The notes beneath the pieces were generated by a model that worked only from the letters and a program-made list of their open reading frames with translations, did not search any database and had not been told where the DNA came from. Positions 39,701 through 55,871 of a stretch of DNA of 64,000 nucleotides are shown here, piece by piece; within the stretch, counting starts at the first letter, position 1; every line of letters begins with the position of its first letter. Both the position numbers and the translations under genes were made by a program. Origin of the DNA: Catajapyx aquilonaris (Eukaryota); assembly GCA_000934665.2 (NCBI GenBank), contig KZ538036.1, forward strand, positions 62,001 to 126,000. The letters run 5' to 3'.

Positions 39701-40457
39701 AGAAGCTGTCAACAATTTTTAGCCGTGGAAAACCCACAAAAGCTTGTGGGAAAAGTGCGAAAAAACCACGAAAAACTCACCCAGTTTTCTTGGAAATATT
39801 TTTTTCCCGTTAGGTCTGCCGTAAATGCAACCGTTTGCATTGAAAGTGTTACCTGCATTGTCAATAAGTCAAGCTAAGTGCTGACAACATCACAATGAGC
39901 AAATCTGCATGATTGACATTGTAAATAAAAACTTGTTATATACGTACAACCCAGTCTGATACGCAAAGTGTTGGATTTATTTTCATCACTTCAGGTATCC
40001 CCTGCAGTACTCACAAATTCTTCCAACTATCGAAATATTAGAAGAATTATTATTTTTGCCTGGAATGGTGTAACAATAATAGTTACACTATTCCAGGCAA
40101 AAAATAATAATTTAATGCAGATAATCATAAGTATGAGCATAAGTATGACAGCAATATGAAAAATGCTAAGGTGTTTTTGTCGAAAGATTTTTAAAAAAAT
40201 TATTATTTCACGTGTCGACAGATTGATGAAAGCTAACAATTGAGTTAATATATATATTTTTAAATTGTTATGACTTGGAGAAAATCGTAAATACTTTTCT
40301 CTTAACCACCTCCCAAAATGGTGCGAGATTTTCCCACCTCTGCGCCTCTTCCTTACCTGCGTGGTTTGGGCCTGATGATTTCATGGCCCTCTGCCAGTGG
40401 CCCCCTGTACTGCTCTGCATCTCTGAACACTGGGATGGGATGAGCACCTGTTGCCAT
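30707..40457 (-). CDS. ABTB2: Ankyrin-repeat and BTB/POZ protein (ABTB2/BTBD11-like) with histone folds. Exons 40457-40357, 38571-38319, 38108-37365, 34597-33815, 33758-33616, 33559-33103, 33044-32667, 32614-32036, 31980-31842, 31782-31577, 31510-31217, 31147-30965, 30904-30707.
   Basis: Ankyrin repeats (TPLMLSCIGG, TPLQLAAASGN), BTB (ELSDVQFRVEGRVFYAHKIVLV), and SKSARAGLQLSVGRFHRWM. All junctions are phase-compatible. Confidence 0.9.
35610..37325. repeat. Array of about 170-190 bp palindromic units with orientation switches (foldback-like or MITE-derived satellite)
   Basis: Each unit has arm ggttgcaccacctccaggaaacattttccggccggaaaaagagccagaaaa, a spacer and the reverse-complement arm. 35610-35643 recurs inverted at 36599-36633. 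Confidence 0.85.
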
Positions 40458-40657
40458 CTTTCAACTCTTCTTATGCACACATCATTGTCTGCAAAATAAT
40501 AAAAAAATAAAAAAAATAAACATGAAATTAAGCAACATCGCAATAATGACATGTTGTAACCCTGGATATATCATAATTCATCCTAAATAATTCGGTTTCG
40601 GCTTGACTTGTCCAAATTTAAAGTGTCTATAATAATAATAATTTTTTATATCAAAAT

Positions 40658-44621
<3,964 letters not shown>

Positions 44622-47600
44622 TTTCCCCCCCCCCCCCCACACAAAAAAATGCACCCATCAAAAATTCGTAAATAAATCACATAAATATTTTCTGCCCCCC
44701 ACAACAATCGGCCGAATGTAAACGATTTGTTTGAAGGAAGAAAAAAAAAATCTCCGTTGGACCATAAATTATTGGCGTGGTTTCTGCTGATGATGATGAG
44801 TAGCGGTGGCGCCATTCCTTATATGTCCATGTGGAAACGTGTATTTTGTTTGGACTGAAACGGCGTACGTGATGAGCATGGGGGAGAAGGCACGGCCAAA
44901 ATTCCAGGCAAGCTAACGAGTCACCTCAAAGTATGCGAGGATCGCGGAAGAGAAAAAGAGAAGCAAGCAGCACTCTCCAGGAGTGATAGTCAGCAATGGG
45001 AAAAAGGCCCCCCTTCTTCTTCTGCTGTTGCTTCAAAACATGCTTTTGGCTCCAGGGTGCATCATGAGTTCTATACACTACCAGGGTGGTGTGCACTTCT
45101 TGTCCAGTTTGGGAATGTGGTTGTTCATTACCCGGATGAGATGAAGAAACAATGAGGCCCTGATTGTTGAATGCAACACTAGTCGCTGGAATGATCATGT
45201 CACTTACTGGCCACTCAAAGAAAAAGGAGTGAAAAGAAAGGAGGCATTTTCTTAAATAATAGAGAGGAAAAATGCTCAGATTTTCTATTGCAGAGAATAT
45301 ATTATTGAATTTTGTTCCAATATTGAATTTAAATATCGAATTTTTTTGGAGAAAATGTGAACTAATACATAAATCTATTACAGTGGCTTGGTTGAGAGGT
45401 GCTATTCACCTGTATGCTTTTAATTTATACCACAATATTGTACATTATTTAATAATTTTACAATATTAATTAATGCATTATATACAGTAAAATGTGTAAT
45501 GCACTACAGTACATAATATAGTATATTACAGTACAATTATTATTCATAATGCATTTTATATTAAGCTACAATATAATTAATAGCGATAAATATTTTGTTT
45601 GGTAATAGTGACAATGACTGCGTGAAAATAAAAAATCATTAATTTATATTACCAGTGATAATACATCTTAGCTTTATATACCAGCAGAATTTAGATCTTA
45701 GGCTGCAAAAACATAAAACCTAATTTTACAGCATTATAATATATTGTGTAATATTCATTTATTTTCACGATTATACATTTTGCATAATTTACAACTTATA
45801 TTAGTTATTACTTTATTAATATTATTTATTTGCACTATTGGAATCTACGTAGGGGCCTAATATTTATTTACATAATTTACGTCTACATAATATTTACGAG
45901 CAGGCCTAATATTAACAATTTACATTTTAAATAGGCCTACTAAATAATGTACCAGTAGGCTACAAACAGGCCCTACTTATGCTGCATTACATATTTATTT
46001 ATTTTATTTTTATTGGAATTAGGCACAGTACCGGGTGAGTCACACCCAACCACCATGTACGCCCCATTGCTGATCTTTAATGGATTTTTTTTTTTTAAAT
46101 CACCCCGGACCTAGATTTTCAATCTGCAGAAGAAAGAGATCTGAAGAAAAAAAAAGTGCGCAGTACCGTAGGAATAATTGTGGTCACGCAATGACAAACG
46201 GGTTTACGTTGACCGCGTCAAGGGTAATTGCGAAAAAATTCTCTCCTCCTCCTTCAAGAGAGTTCGCACTTCTCAAGGCGCCTTGTGGAATTATTAGGCA
46301 ACCTCGATTTTTTTTTAAATATAAATATTATAATACCTATGGATATACCCTCCATCTTTCTTTCTTTTTATCATGGTGGAGAAAAGGCCATCAAGCTCCT
46401 GTGATTACGTGAAGATGGGGCTACTGGAATCCGCCGCCCGCGTTACTTGTTTCCTTGGCTGGAAAATTGTTAGGTGGTGGGATGAAGATAATGAGGTGTG
46501 TCTTGTGTGTAGTGTGTGAGATGCACAACATACTGCAAAAAAAAACTGCCCTTCACTCTCAGGTTGATTGCAGAAAAAAAATAGACCTGAATCTGCATAA
46601 TATTCAAGATGAAAAGTTTAGCAATTTGATTTATGATTTTTCATTAGGCCTACTGGACATTTAAAAAAATGCAATTAGAAAAGTGTAGTTATCCATCTCA
46701 TTACAGGCATGTCGCCTGTAATAATTGGCAAGCGTTACTTTTTTTTTTTGGTGACGTCTCCAATATTGGTAGACCTGTCTGTATGACCTCAGGGTGTGAG
46801 CCAGGAATGCGGCTGTGATAAATTGTTTTTTTTTTGCATTACTTGCACTGTGGCTGAGTATTTTCATCAGTGCGGCCACATACGTACTTTTGATAATGAC
46901 CTCCCCTAGGGACAAGCTCATTCAGGTAAAGAACTTACACTTTATAACGAAGCGCAGGTTAAGCTAGGCGGGGTTGTTTAGTCAAGTTTCCTGACCAACC
47001 AGACAAATGATCTTGCTGCACGGCCCAGACCTTTGACCTTCTCTCATCTCACATGCCATACGTGTACATACAATACAACTCCTCCCTGCATATTTGCGAC
47101 GGATTTGTAACCCACATCCCCGACCATACCCATCAATAATAATAATAATAATCAAACTTTTTTAAAAAAACGGGTCGTTGGCCTTTTAAATTCTTTTTAC
47201 ACAAAAATTATGCTATTAAAACTATATCTGGAAGCTATGTTAAAATTGCTAGGGTCTGAAAAGCTTCCTGTGCTGCGTGTTTTCTGTGGGATAGTTTACA
47301 AGGAATTTGACTGATTGCATGATGTCTGAAAATGCGCGAAAAACAGGGGTTATTCACTCTTAAAATTTTTTTTAAAACCCATTCAAACGAACTGTTATTT
47401 GGGAACTAAGCTGCTTACTTTTTAAAACAATCATTTTTAGTTGTTGAAAGTGCTAATACTTTTAAGGCTATATTAGCCAAATTGTGTTTTCGACTAGTCA
47501 AAAGTATGCAAATATGAGCTTTTAAAGCTGTGATGTGAATATAGACTACTTGAAAATGCTTCAGTCTAAAACATGCAAGAAGCAATCTTAGAAGATGGGA

Positions 47601-47985
47601 GGAGTCTCGACAGGCAATCTGATCTAAAGCACTGGCCACAAAGATGATGGGGGCGTGGGATGGCTTCCAAAAAAAAAATTAGATGGATATAATGAAAAAA
47701 AAAAGTTGCCCCTTCTATTACACACCCTTCCATCTCTTCTTTTTCCCTTCCTTCGTAATTCCAGAAGCTCTCCTACCAGCTACCATTTTCAGGAGCCCTT
47801 CTCATTAGGCCCACCAAATTGGCGGCTTCTAATTAAACCACTTCGGTGGGAAGGGAGGGAGAGGGGTGGGGAGGGGGGATGTTAATTTATGGCGCCTGCT
47901 TTTCACTTGTCTATACTTCTAAAGGTCCTGGGTTCAATCCTCTGAACCTGGTTACACTCCAAAAATTAGTGATTAGCATTTTCAT

Positions 47986-48600
47986 ACCGTCAATTGGGGG
48001 ATGAGATTGTGCCAGGTGGGGTGAGATTGTGCCAGCGCATTTTAAAATACTTTTTGTCATTGAATATAACAGCTCTGTCCGTTTGTCTGTCTACCTAAAC
48101 CGCAAGAGATAGCAATAAACGGTTTTCGGATTCGGATTCGTCGTAACCAAAATAGGTTCCATGGTCAACTTCCGGTTTTCCAGGTTAACTCTATCCTCTA
48201 CGTCTACGGTCTACGGTAAACGTATACATGATTCTGCAAAATAATTTTTCATACGTTAGGCTACTTGACAACGGGAAATGAGAGCGACAACATTCTATGT
48301 CATTGTTGTCCAATTTGAATTTGAGGAACAAGTCTACTCGAATCACGCTCGCGGGATTTGTCAAATTTTTTTTTTCCATATACGACTCGTACTGTAGGCC
48401 GTCAATTGGGGGTGAGGTTGTGCCAGGTGGGGTGAGATTGTGCCAGCGCATTTTTTTTTTTGGGGGGGGGGGGGGGGGGTCNNNNNNNNNNNNNNNNNNN
48501 NNNNNNNNNNNNNNNNNNNNNNNNNNNNNNNNNNNNNNNNNTCCATGATAAAAATGCGCTGGCACAATCTCACCCCATCTGGCACAATCTCACCTCCAAT
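47986..48600. mobile_element. TIR element remnant (Tc1/pogo-like ends) spanning an assembly gap
   Basis: ccgtcaattgggg..gagattgtgccaggtggggtgagattgtgccagcgcatttt at about 47987 and 48399, inverted at 48550-48600. N-run at 48482-48541. Confidence 0.6.
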
Positions 48601-49000
48601 AATTATTATTGCCGCGCGGTATTTTTCTTTGAACGTTTCTTTTCTTCAACTCGACCGTGACATTGGGAAGTCCTCAACCTTGTGGAATACCGTACATTCC
48701 TCGAGGACTTTTTCGAAAGCTGGTTGCTTAGGGTTGGGTGGCAGGTGGTTGTGGAGGAAGAGAGGGGGNGTGTGTGGAGGAGGGGGGGAGTAGGGAGGGA
48801 ATGAAATTCCTTTTCCTCCTCACCTTGAAGGGACGACTTGCTTTTTCCCGCGCAATTTTTTGTCTCTCTCCAAATGTACATACAAAAATGGGACACTTAG
48901 ATGTTCACTGTATGGTCCAACACGCACACACGTAACACACACACTGAACTGTACGGACTTGTGCTCACTGCTGCTTCATCAACTCTGTTGAAAATCCCTT

Positions 49001-49002
<2 letters not shown>

Positions 49003-49034
<32 letters not shown>
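49003..49034. repeat. (GA)n microsatellite
   Basis: About 16 GA units. Confidence 0.9.
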
Positions 49035-49037
<3 letters not shown>

Positions 49038-49555
49038 CAACCAACCAGGAGGACCCCAACCGACCAACCCACCCCACCAGGAGCGAAAGACAGGCCAGCA
49101 AAGCAGGCAAAACCCAACCGACCAGCATACAAAGAGTCCATTCGGCCTATCATTACGTTCACCCCCGTCCTCAGGGGCTACTTGTCTTACACCTTGCCCC
49201 AAATTCTTCCTACCAAAAACCCGATCTCACTTCTTCCCCCCCTCTCTCTCTCACACACACATTGCGGCCTCCTCTCCCCTCCACTTCGCTCTTCTATCAC
49301 ACATTGCAATGTATGAACGCAACAATGTTTCGGGAGGTAATCGATTAACAATGGGCAAGGTAGCCTTGACCCATGATGGAGAGAGCAGGTGCTGGTCAGG
49401 AATTTGAAGTTTTTTTTTCTCTCTCTTGGTAATGACATGCATATAAGTACACTACGGTGAAATGGAAAATGTGCACCGTATGTACAAAAAAAAGTGCACG
49501 GAAAAAAACATTGTTATGATCATTAGCTACCATATGGGCAGGGAGCATTATAGGC

Positions 49556-49923
49556 TACTACATAAGAGGCGCAAACTTCTGTCAGCGCCTTTGATGTTCG
49601 CGTCTCTCTGTTTGGGGCCGTTGCCAAGGCTGGCGGCCATTTTGAAGTGTGTGGAACGCCAACGAGGTATAAATAGGGTACAGGCAAAAATAGGGTCCGC
49701 CATCTTTGATGATTGTGGCGGCCATGGCAACTACATGGCAAGAAAGGAAAAACGTCTCTAGAAAGGCAAGAACACGCGCGAATCAAATATGGCAGACCCT
49801 GTTTTTGCCTGTACCCTATTTATACCTCGTTGGCGTTCCACACACTTCAAAATGGCCGCCAGCCTTGGCAACGCCCCAAACAGAGAGACGCAAAAATCGA
49901 ATGTTTGCGCCTCTTATGTAGTA
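49556..49923. mobile_element. Palindromic MITE with about 140-bp arms and probable TA TSD
   Basis: tactacataagaggcgcaaac...gtttgcgcctcttatgtagta, with near-perfect internal arm complementarity. Confidence 0.8.
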
Positions 49924-50009
49924 TATATATGCACCCTGATATGGATATAAAAACTAATAAATTAGGATCTTGACTACACATTTTTTTTAAAATAAAGGAA
50001 AATGCATAC

Positions 50010-50375
50010 ACTTGTAAACCTGAAAGCATTAAAAGAGCATCACGAATGGAGAAGCCATTTTTAATGCTTTTGTGATGCTCTTGTAATGTTTTTGATGCTA
50101 AAAGCATCAAAAACATTACAAGAGCATCAAAGAACAGTAACAATATTGATACTCCGACTCAGTCGTAATGCTCTTTTAATGCTTTGATGATGCTATTGTA
50201 ATGTTTTTAATGCTAAAAATCAGCAAATCATTAAAATAGCATCACAAGAGCATTAAAAAAATAGGAGACTCAGTAGTGATGCTCTTTGAATGTTTTGCAG
50301 TTTACAGTCTATGGAGAAACAATGATCTTGTAATGCTTTTTTGTTGCTTAAAGGCATCAAAAAACATTACAGGAG
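50010..50375. repeat. Degenerate inverted/direct repeats (agcattaaaagagcatca motifs)
   Basis: The motif occurs repeatedly in both orientations. Confidence 0.55.
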
Positions 50376-50522
50376 AAATTAGAATAAGATGAAATGAAAA
50401 GGGATTAGGATTCGTGGCCTTAGCGTACCAATTAAACTGCGGATGAAATGTTTGGCTGGATGGCGTACATTTCATTCAGCAGTTTGGACTCTTTTTATTT
50501 CCATATACATACATCCTATATT

Positions 50523-51588
50523 TCATGTCAACTTGTTGTAGTATATGGTGTTGACAAAGAAGAGGTACATGTTGAGTAGATCTACGTACAAGTTGAGTGC
50601 GGGATAGACATACTCTTCTCTTGCGAGCTTGTACATGCCTCTTCCCAAGAGCAGTTGAGTGTTGTACAAAAGGTGCAGAGACAGCATTACCATCCCTGTG
50701 ATGGAATATCCCATGATCCCTGCCGGCGTCTTGAAGGCAATGACTACGCTCCCAAATAGAAAGGGCGAGACGAGAATGCTCACAATTATACTTGGAATGA
50801 TGGTGAAATCCAATCTTGGCACAACTGCAGCCACAAAGGTCAATGCCAGGAAAAGTGCCAGTGCAAAACCAACGGAGAACAAGATTTTGTCGGTGCTGTA
50901 TGCAAGGGAGACCACTCCCAGAGTGCACGTTTCAAAGGCACCTAAGATAACGAGGAGCATGATGTTTGAGGGGAACTCCAACCTGAGTTCGTCGATGTAC
51001 GACAGAACGAAGATGCAGAAAAGGACAACGCCTCCGCAGCTGCCCAGGAGTCCGTAGTTTTGACCAAAGGCCCGGCTCATCCCCGAGTGAAAACGGTTGT
51101 TTGAGGGAAAGGTCCAGATTACGCAGAAAGTTATCGCTGACATCACCAAGAAGATTACGTACACCTTCCTGTGGATGAATTAAATAGGAATAAGCATAAG
51201 TAATTCTCTTAATGTAACGACACTGTGTTTGCTAGGTCCATATTTTCAATGGCTTTAGGTCTAAACGTAGTAGGTTTAGCTGTACAATAGTTCGACAAAA
51301 AAAAATATGGGCAGCCATTCAAATCTAACTGGGTAAGCTGTGCGGCTTGCTGGACTTCCACACGAGTTTAGTGGTAACCTCAAATAAAGTTCTGTACCTT
51401 ATCAGTTCTTTCCTGATGGTCCCTTCGTCAAACCTGCAGAGGTCAGTCATACTGAAGATGGCAGCTGGACCCAAGTCACCTGTCGGCATGATTCCCATGA
51501 AGGTGGTTCCTCTGGGATACGCCTTCCCACCAAACACCAGCTGCTCTTTAGGTCTGTCTGACAGAGATGTTTGGTCGGATCCCTCCAT
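50523..51588 (-). CDS. Divergent lifeguard/Bax-inhibitor-1 (TMBIM) family membrane protein. Exons 51588-51398 and 51168-50523.
   Basis: IRKELIRKVYVIFLVMSAIT, FPSNIMLLVILGAFE, about 7 hydrophobic segments, and LLYNTQLLLGRG..EEYVYPALNLYVDLLNMYLF. Confidence 0.8.
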
Positions 51589-53526
51589 CAGTTCTGGTAG
51601 ATGTTGCAATGTTGAGGACAAGACTGGGCAATGCGGGTGAACCCACAAGGATAAAAATGTAATTACCAATCATGATTAGCCTTTGAATGCACCACCCTGT
51701 GCAATTTTTGATAACTAGTTTAGGTGGTTAACGTTTGAGATAAAATGTATGATAAAATGGAATAAAAACCTTTTTTGCTGGGCTTGAATTTATTCATCGT
51801 GGCTGAAGATATTGTTGCGGTAATTCCTGAGAAATCTGCTGATTAATGCAAACATTGCAATTATCAGAATTATGTTGACTTCTAAGAATAAAAACTTTTG
51901 AAAATTATTTATGGGGAATACGGTAGCCTACTGAAAGAACATGAGCACAATAATGGAGTGTTGCACTGCTTGAATAAACATTAATATCCAGTTAGAAATT
52001 GGCTAATTGGTTAAGTATGTAAAAAAACTTTATTTCCATGAAAGTAAGTAGAAAAACATGAATTTCTGCAGATGAAAGAAATGACATCACCCAAATGTAC
52101 AGTAATAATTACATGAAGTGGCGGCACAATTGTAATCCGATAATGGGTGTGTGTTTAAATATTCATAATAGTGTCTTGCATTTGCATTAAATTGATTTTT
52201 GAAATACCTGTCCAAGAGGGAATGGGTGCATAGGTGGTATGATCCACACAATTGGTTCTAGACACTGAGAAATACACTGCATGTTTCAGAATTATAAGCT
52301 AACATCTGTATCAGAGGAAACACAAGACTTTTGTAGTATGCGTAGGACAACCAAAAAATATTCCTCAGGAGTTATTTCTTGCACATTATAGTCAGAGCGG
52401 CAGTGCGATTTATCTCTGACATTAATGTGAGCCCAATTCTGAATACCCAGTATACCATGACATACCGGTACGCATATATTGGGTGGACGAGAAGTAACCA
52501 TGTCCATTTCAATTTGTAAATTGAAATAATTAATGCCAATCACTTTTTAATTGACCTACAGGCCTGATGGGCACTGTAGTTGTGCTTTACACAATACGGG
52601 TTGTCTCCAACTTCTGTGAAATGATGGCTCAAATTAATGCGTTTTCCACAGTAGTACACAATTGGCCAGTAAGAAAGTGATTGACATCACTTCAATTTCT
52701 TTACATTAAAAAATAATTACGGTACAATAAAATATTTCGTTAGGGGGTACAGAAACTTCTCATCCGTCCTGTAGAATAAGTGTTTAAAAAAATGCTGAAT
52801 GCTAAGGTTGACAATGTGGCAATATACCTTCACCTGGATCCAACTTCTTCACAATGTGCCTGCTCGAGTTAACATCAAATAAAATACAGCTTTCATTGTT
52901 AGTAGTTATCGTAGAGTCATGGCTACCACCTACAATAAGACATTGTTCACTCTGAAGGTGTGTTCATGGAGCCTAATGTAACCTGACTCAAAAATCTAAA
53001 TGTAGGAAACTTGCAACAATTTAAGGACAAACCTGCTGAACACCTACATGCAATAAAATGCCTGCAATGAGTTTTGTAAATCATGTAAGTGTTTTAAAAA
53101 GTGTTGTTTATTATCCGTACTCGTAACATCAACCATCAGGCTCCTTATTGACAGTTTGTCGAAACTTCAGCTTTAAAAACAGAATGAAAGGCACATCATA
53201 TTCACAGATCGTAGGCAGCTTCACAAATAGAGAGCAACCATAGATAATTTTTGAAAGCCAGATTAACCTCCATCCTTACTTGGCCATTTCAATGAACAAT
53301 AAAAAAGTTCAAAAGCTGCGAACATGCTGTATTGCTGCTGCCATAACCATGACGTCCCGAACAGTGACTGATTGCAGCGATCTTAAGGTCGGGGCATGGG
53401 ACGGCAGCACCAGTACAGCCAGTGTATTGACTGCTGACTCAAAAATTTTGCTGGGAATTTTGGCATGCCAATCGCATTTAATTCCTTCCTATTTTAATCC
53501 CACCAAAATGACAGATCGGGCTCCAT

Positions 53527-55600
53527 TCAATTGGACCCCCCACTTTGCAGTTGGGCAGAACCAAGCTTATCCTCAACCACAGTGAGCCTCTTTTCCATGA
53601 CAGAGAGCGTCTTTCGCATCAGCTCCACCTGCTGTGCCATCCTAAGCAGCACGCTGTTGCTGTTATCTTGCTCATCACTGGAGTAGGAGTTTTCTGTATC
53701 TCCGGATGGTCCAGCCGTCGCGTCACCTGATTAGGCATGTGAAAGATAATGTTCAGTATAAGTTGTTTATTGACAAATTCTTCTGAGAAACATACCCAAA
53801 CTCCTGCTGCGCCTCCTGGAGAATTCTCCTGGTCCACCATCGGCCATCTCCACCACTTCCACTCGTGACTGGATGTGGTTTGGTATCTGGTCTCTAGCAT
53901 CCACTTCCACCTCGGCCCTACTTCTTATGCTGTCCTCCATATCTCTATCCTGGTGGTCCATAAGCCCGCCTTTCTTGGACTCCAACTTAATGTCCCACAC
54001 CATCACCAGCTCATCCTCACCTCCACTAGCCAGCTTGGTCCCACAAGCTGAAAAGTCGACGGATGTCACCCCTCCGTTGTGGCCATGCAAAGTGTAGATC
54101 GGACGGCCCTCAAGCAGATCCAGCACTTTCACCTGCATTGCGAGAGCAACTATTGTACACTATTTTTTTTTGCACATAGCGTCCAATTTACCTGTCCATC
54201 AGCAGAAGCGGTCGCCAGAAAATGACCAGACGGATGAAAGGCCACAGAGCGCACTTCCCCATTGTGGGCTTGATAGTGCTGCAGCATTCTTCGAGTACGC
54301 ACATCATACACTCGCACAATATTCTCGCCACCACCCATAGCCACCCCAATGCACGTTCCAGACGGATGAAACTCCACATAGTATGGCGTACCCTTGTTCT
54401 CGGTGAACGTATGCACAACAGCCTTACTGGTCGCATCAAACAGACGGGTGTTCCGATCGTCACAAACCGTAGCCACAAGGCGGCTGTCCGGCGAAAAGCG
54501 AGCGCATCGCACCCAGTTGCGGTGACCAGGAAAGAGCCGCACGAAACGACGCCTGCTCACATTCCACACCTACAATGTAAATTGCAATATGAATGACCAC
54601 AATTTGGACAGAACAAGGGTCACCGTTAGCATGTATGGAACATGTGGCAATGACCTTTAGCCTGTATGGAACATGTGTCAATGACCTTTAGCATGTATGG
54701 AACATGTGGCAGTGGCCTTTAGCATGTATGGAACATGCGGCAATGACCTTTAGCATGTATGGAACATGTGGCAGTGGCCTTTAGCCTGTATGGAACATGC
54801 GGCAATGACCTTTAGCATGTATGGAACATGTGGCAATGACCTTTAGCCTGTATGGAACATGCGGCAATGACCTTTAGCATGTATGGAACATGTGGCAGTG
54901 GCCTTTAGCCTGTATGGAACATGCGGCAATGACCTTTAGCATGTATGGAACATGTGTCAATGGCCTTTAGCTTGTGTGGAACATGTGTCAATGACCTTTA
55001 GCTTGTATGGAACATGTGTCAATGACCTTTAGCTTGTGTGGAACATGTGTCAATGGCCTTTAGCATGTATGGAACATGGGTCAATGACCTTTAGCATGTA
55101 TGGAACATGTGGCAATGACCTTTAGCCTGTATGGAACATGTGTCAATGGCCTTTAGCATGTATGGAACATGGGTCAATGACCTTTAGTGTGGGCAATACA
55201 AATTGTTCCAACTCACCTTGGCAGACTTGTCGTCTGAAGCAGTCACAAGATCCAACCCATCCGAACTAAACTGAACAGATCTGATAGCAGCCGAGTGTGC
55301 CGAAGGTATCTCCGTACTCTGTCCCCGTATGGTCGGAGTCCACATCCGAATCGATTTGTCCTTCGAGGACGTCGCAACCAGCTCACCAAAAGGAGACCAA
55401 GCCACATCAGTAACATGGTCAGAATGTGCCAGGAACCGATAGGCCCTAGACTGCTGTCGAAAGTTCCACACCACCAAAGTCGAATCCGTAGCACCCGACG
55501 CCAACTGCGGGTGACGCGGATTAAAAGCAACTGAGGTCACAACACCACGGTGACCCCTAAAATGCCGTTCCATACACGGAGTCTCAAGCGTCGCTGCCAT
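53527..55600 (-). CDS. POC1: POC1 centriolar WD40 protein. Exons about 55600-55217, 54569-54191, 54132-53796, 53726-53527.
   Basis: [51 protein letters not shown] and the C-terminal Poc1 coiled coil [24 protein letters not shown]. Confidence 0.92.
54627..55186. repeat. About 31-bp minisatellite, about 18 copies, in POC1 intron 1
   Basis: ttagcatgtatggaacatgtggcaatgacct tandem units. Confidence 0.95.
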
Positions 55601-55871
55601 GTTCGAAAATGTGTTCGATTAACGGATTTTCAGTTCGAATTCAGTGCTGCCATCTACAGTCAGATAGTTGTTAGTTTGACACTGTGGCCACTAGAGGCGG
55701 TAGTGTCGCTTAATGCGAACTTTTTTGTTATAATAGGGTCTATGGTTAAAGGCCTGAGAGAAAGGGAAGGAAACGTGGCTTCACATACGGAACATTATTT
55801 GTATGACTTACAATTACATTTTCTTAAAAATTACATTGTACTTAACATTTTGTATTACAGGTACGTAGAAG
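55601..55871. promoter_or_regulatory. Bidirectional promoter between POC1 and ABCE1 copy 1
   Basis: 271 bp between divergent ATGs. CTCF-like motifs agtgctgccatcta and tggccactagaggcgg. Confidence 0.55.

Noticed and set aside
54627..55186. 31-bp repeats as a CRISPR array
   Set aside because: Head-to-tail units with no unique spacers, inside a eukaryotic intron, and no cas genes.
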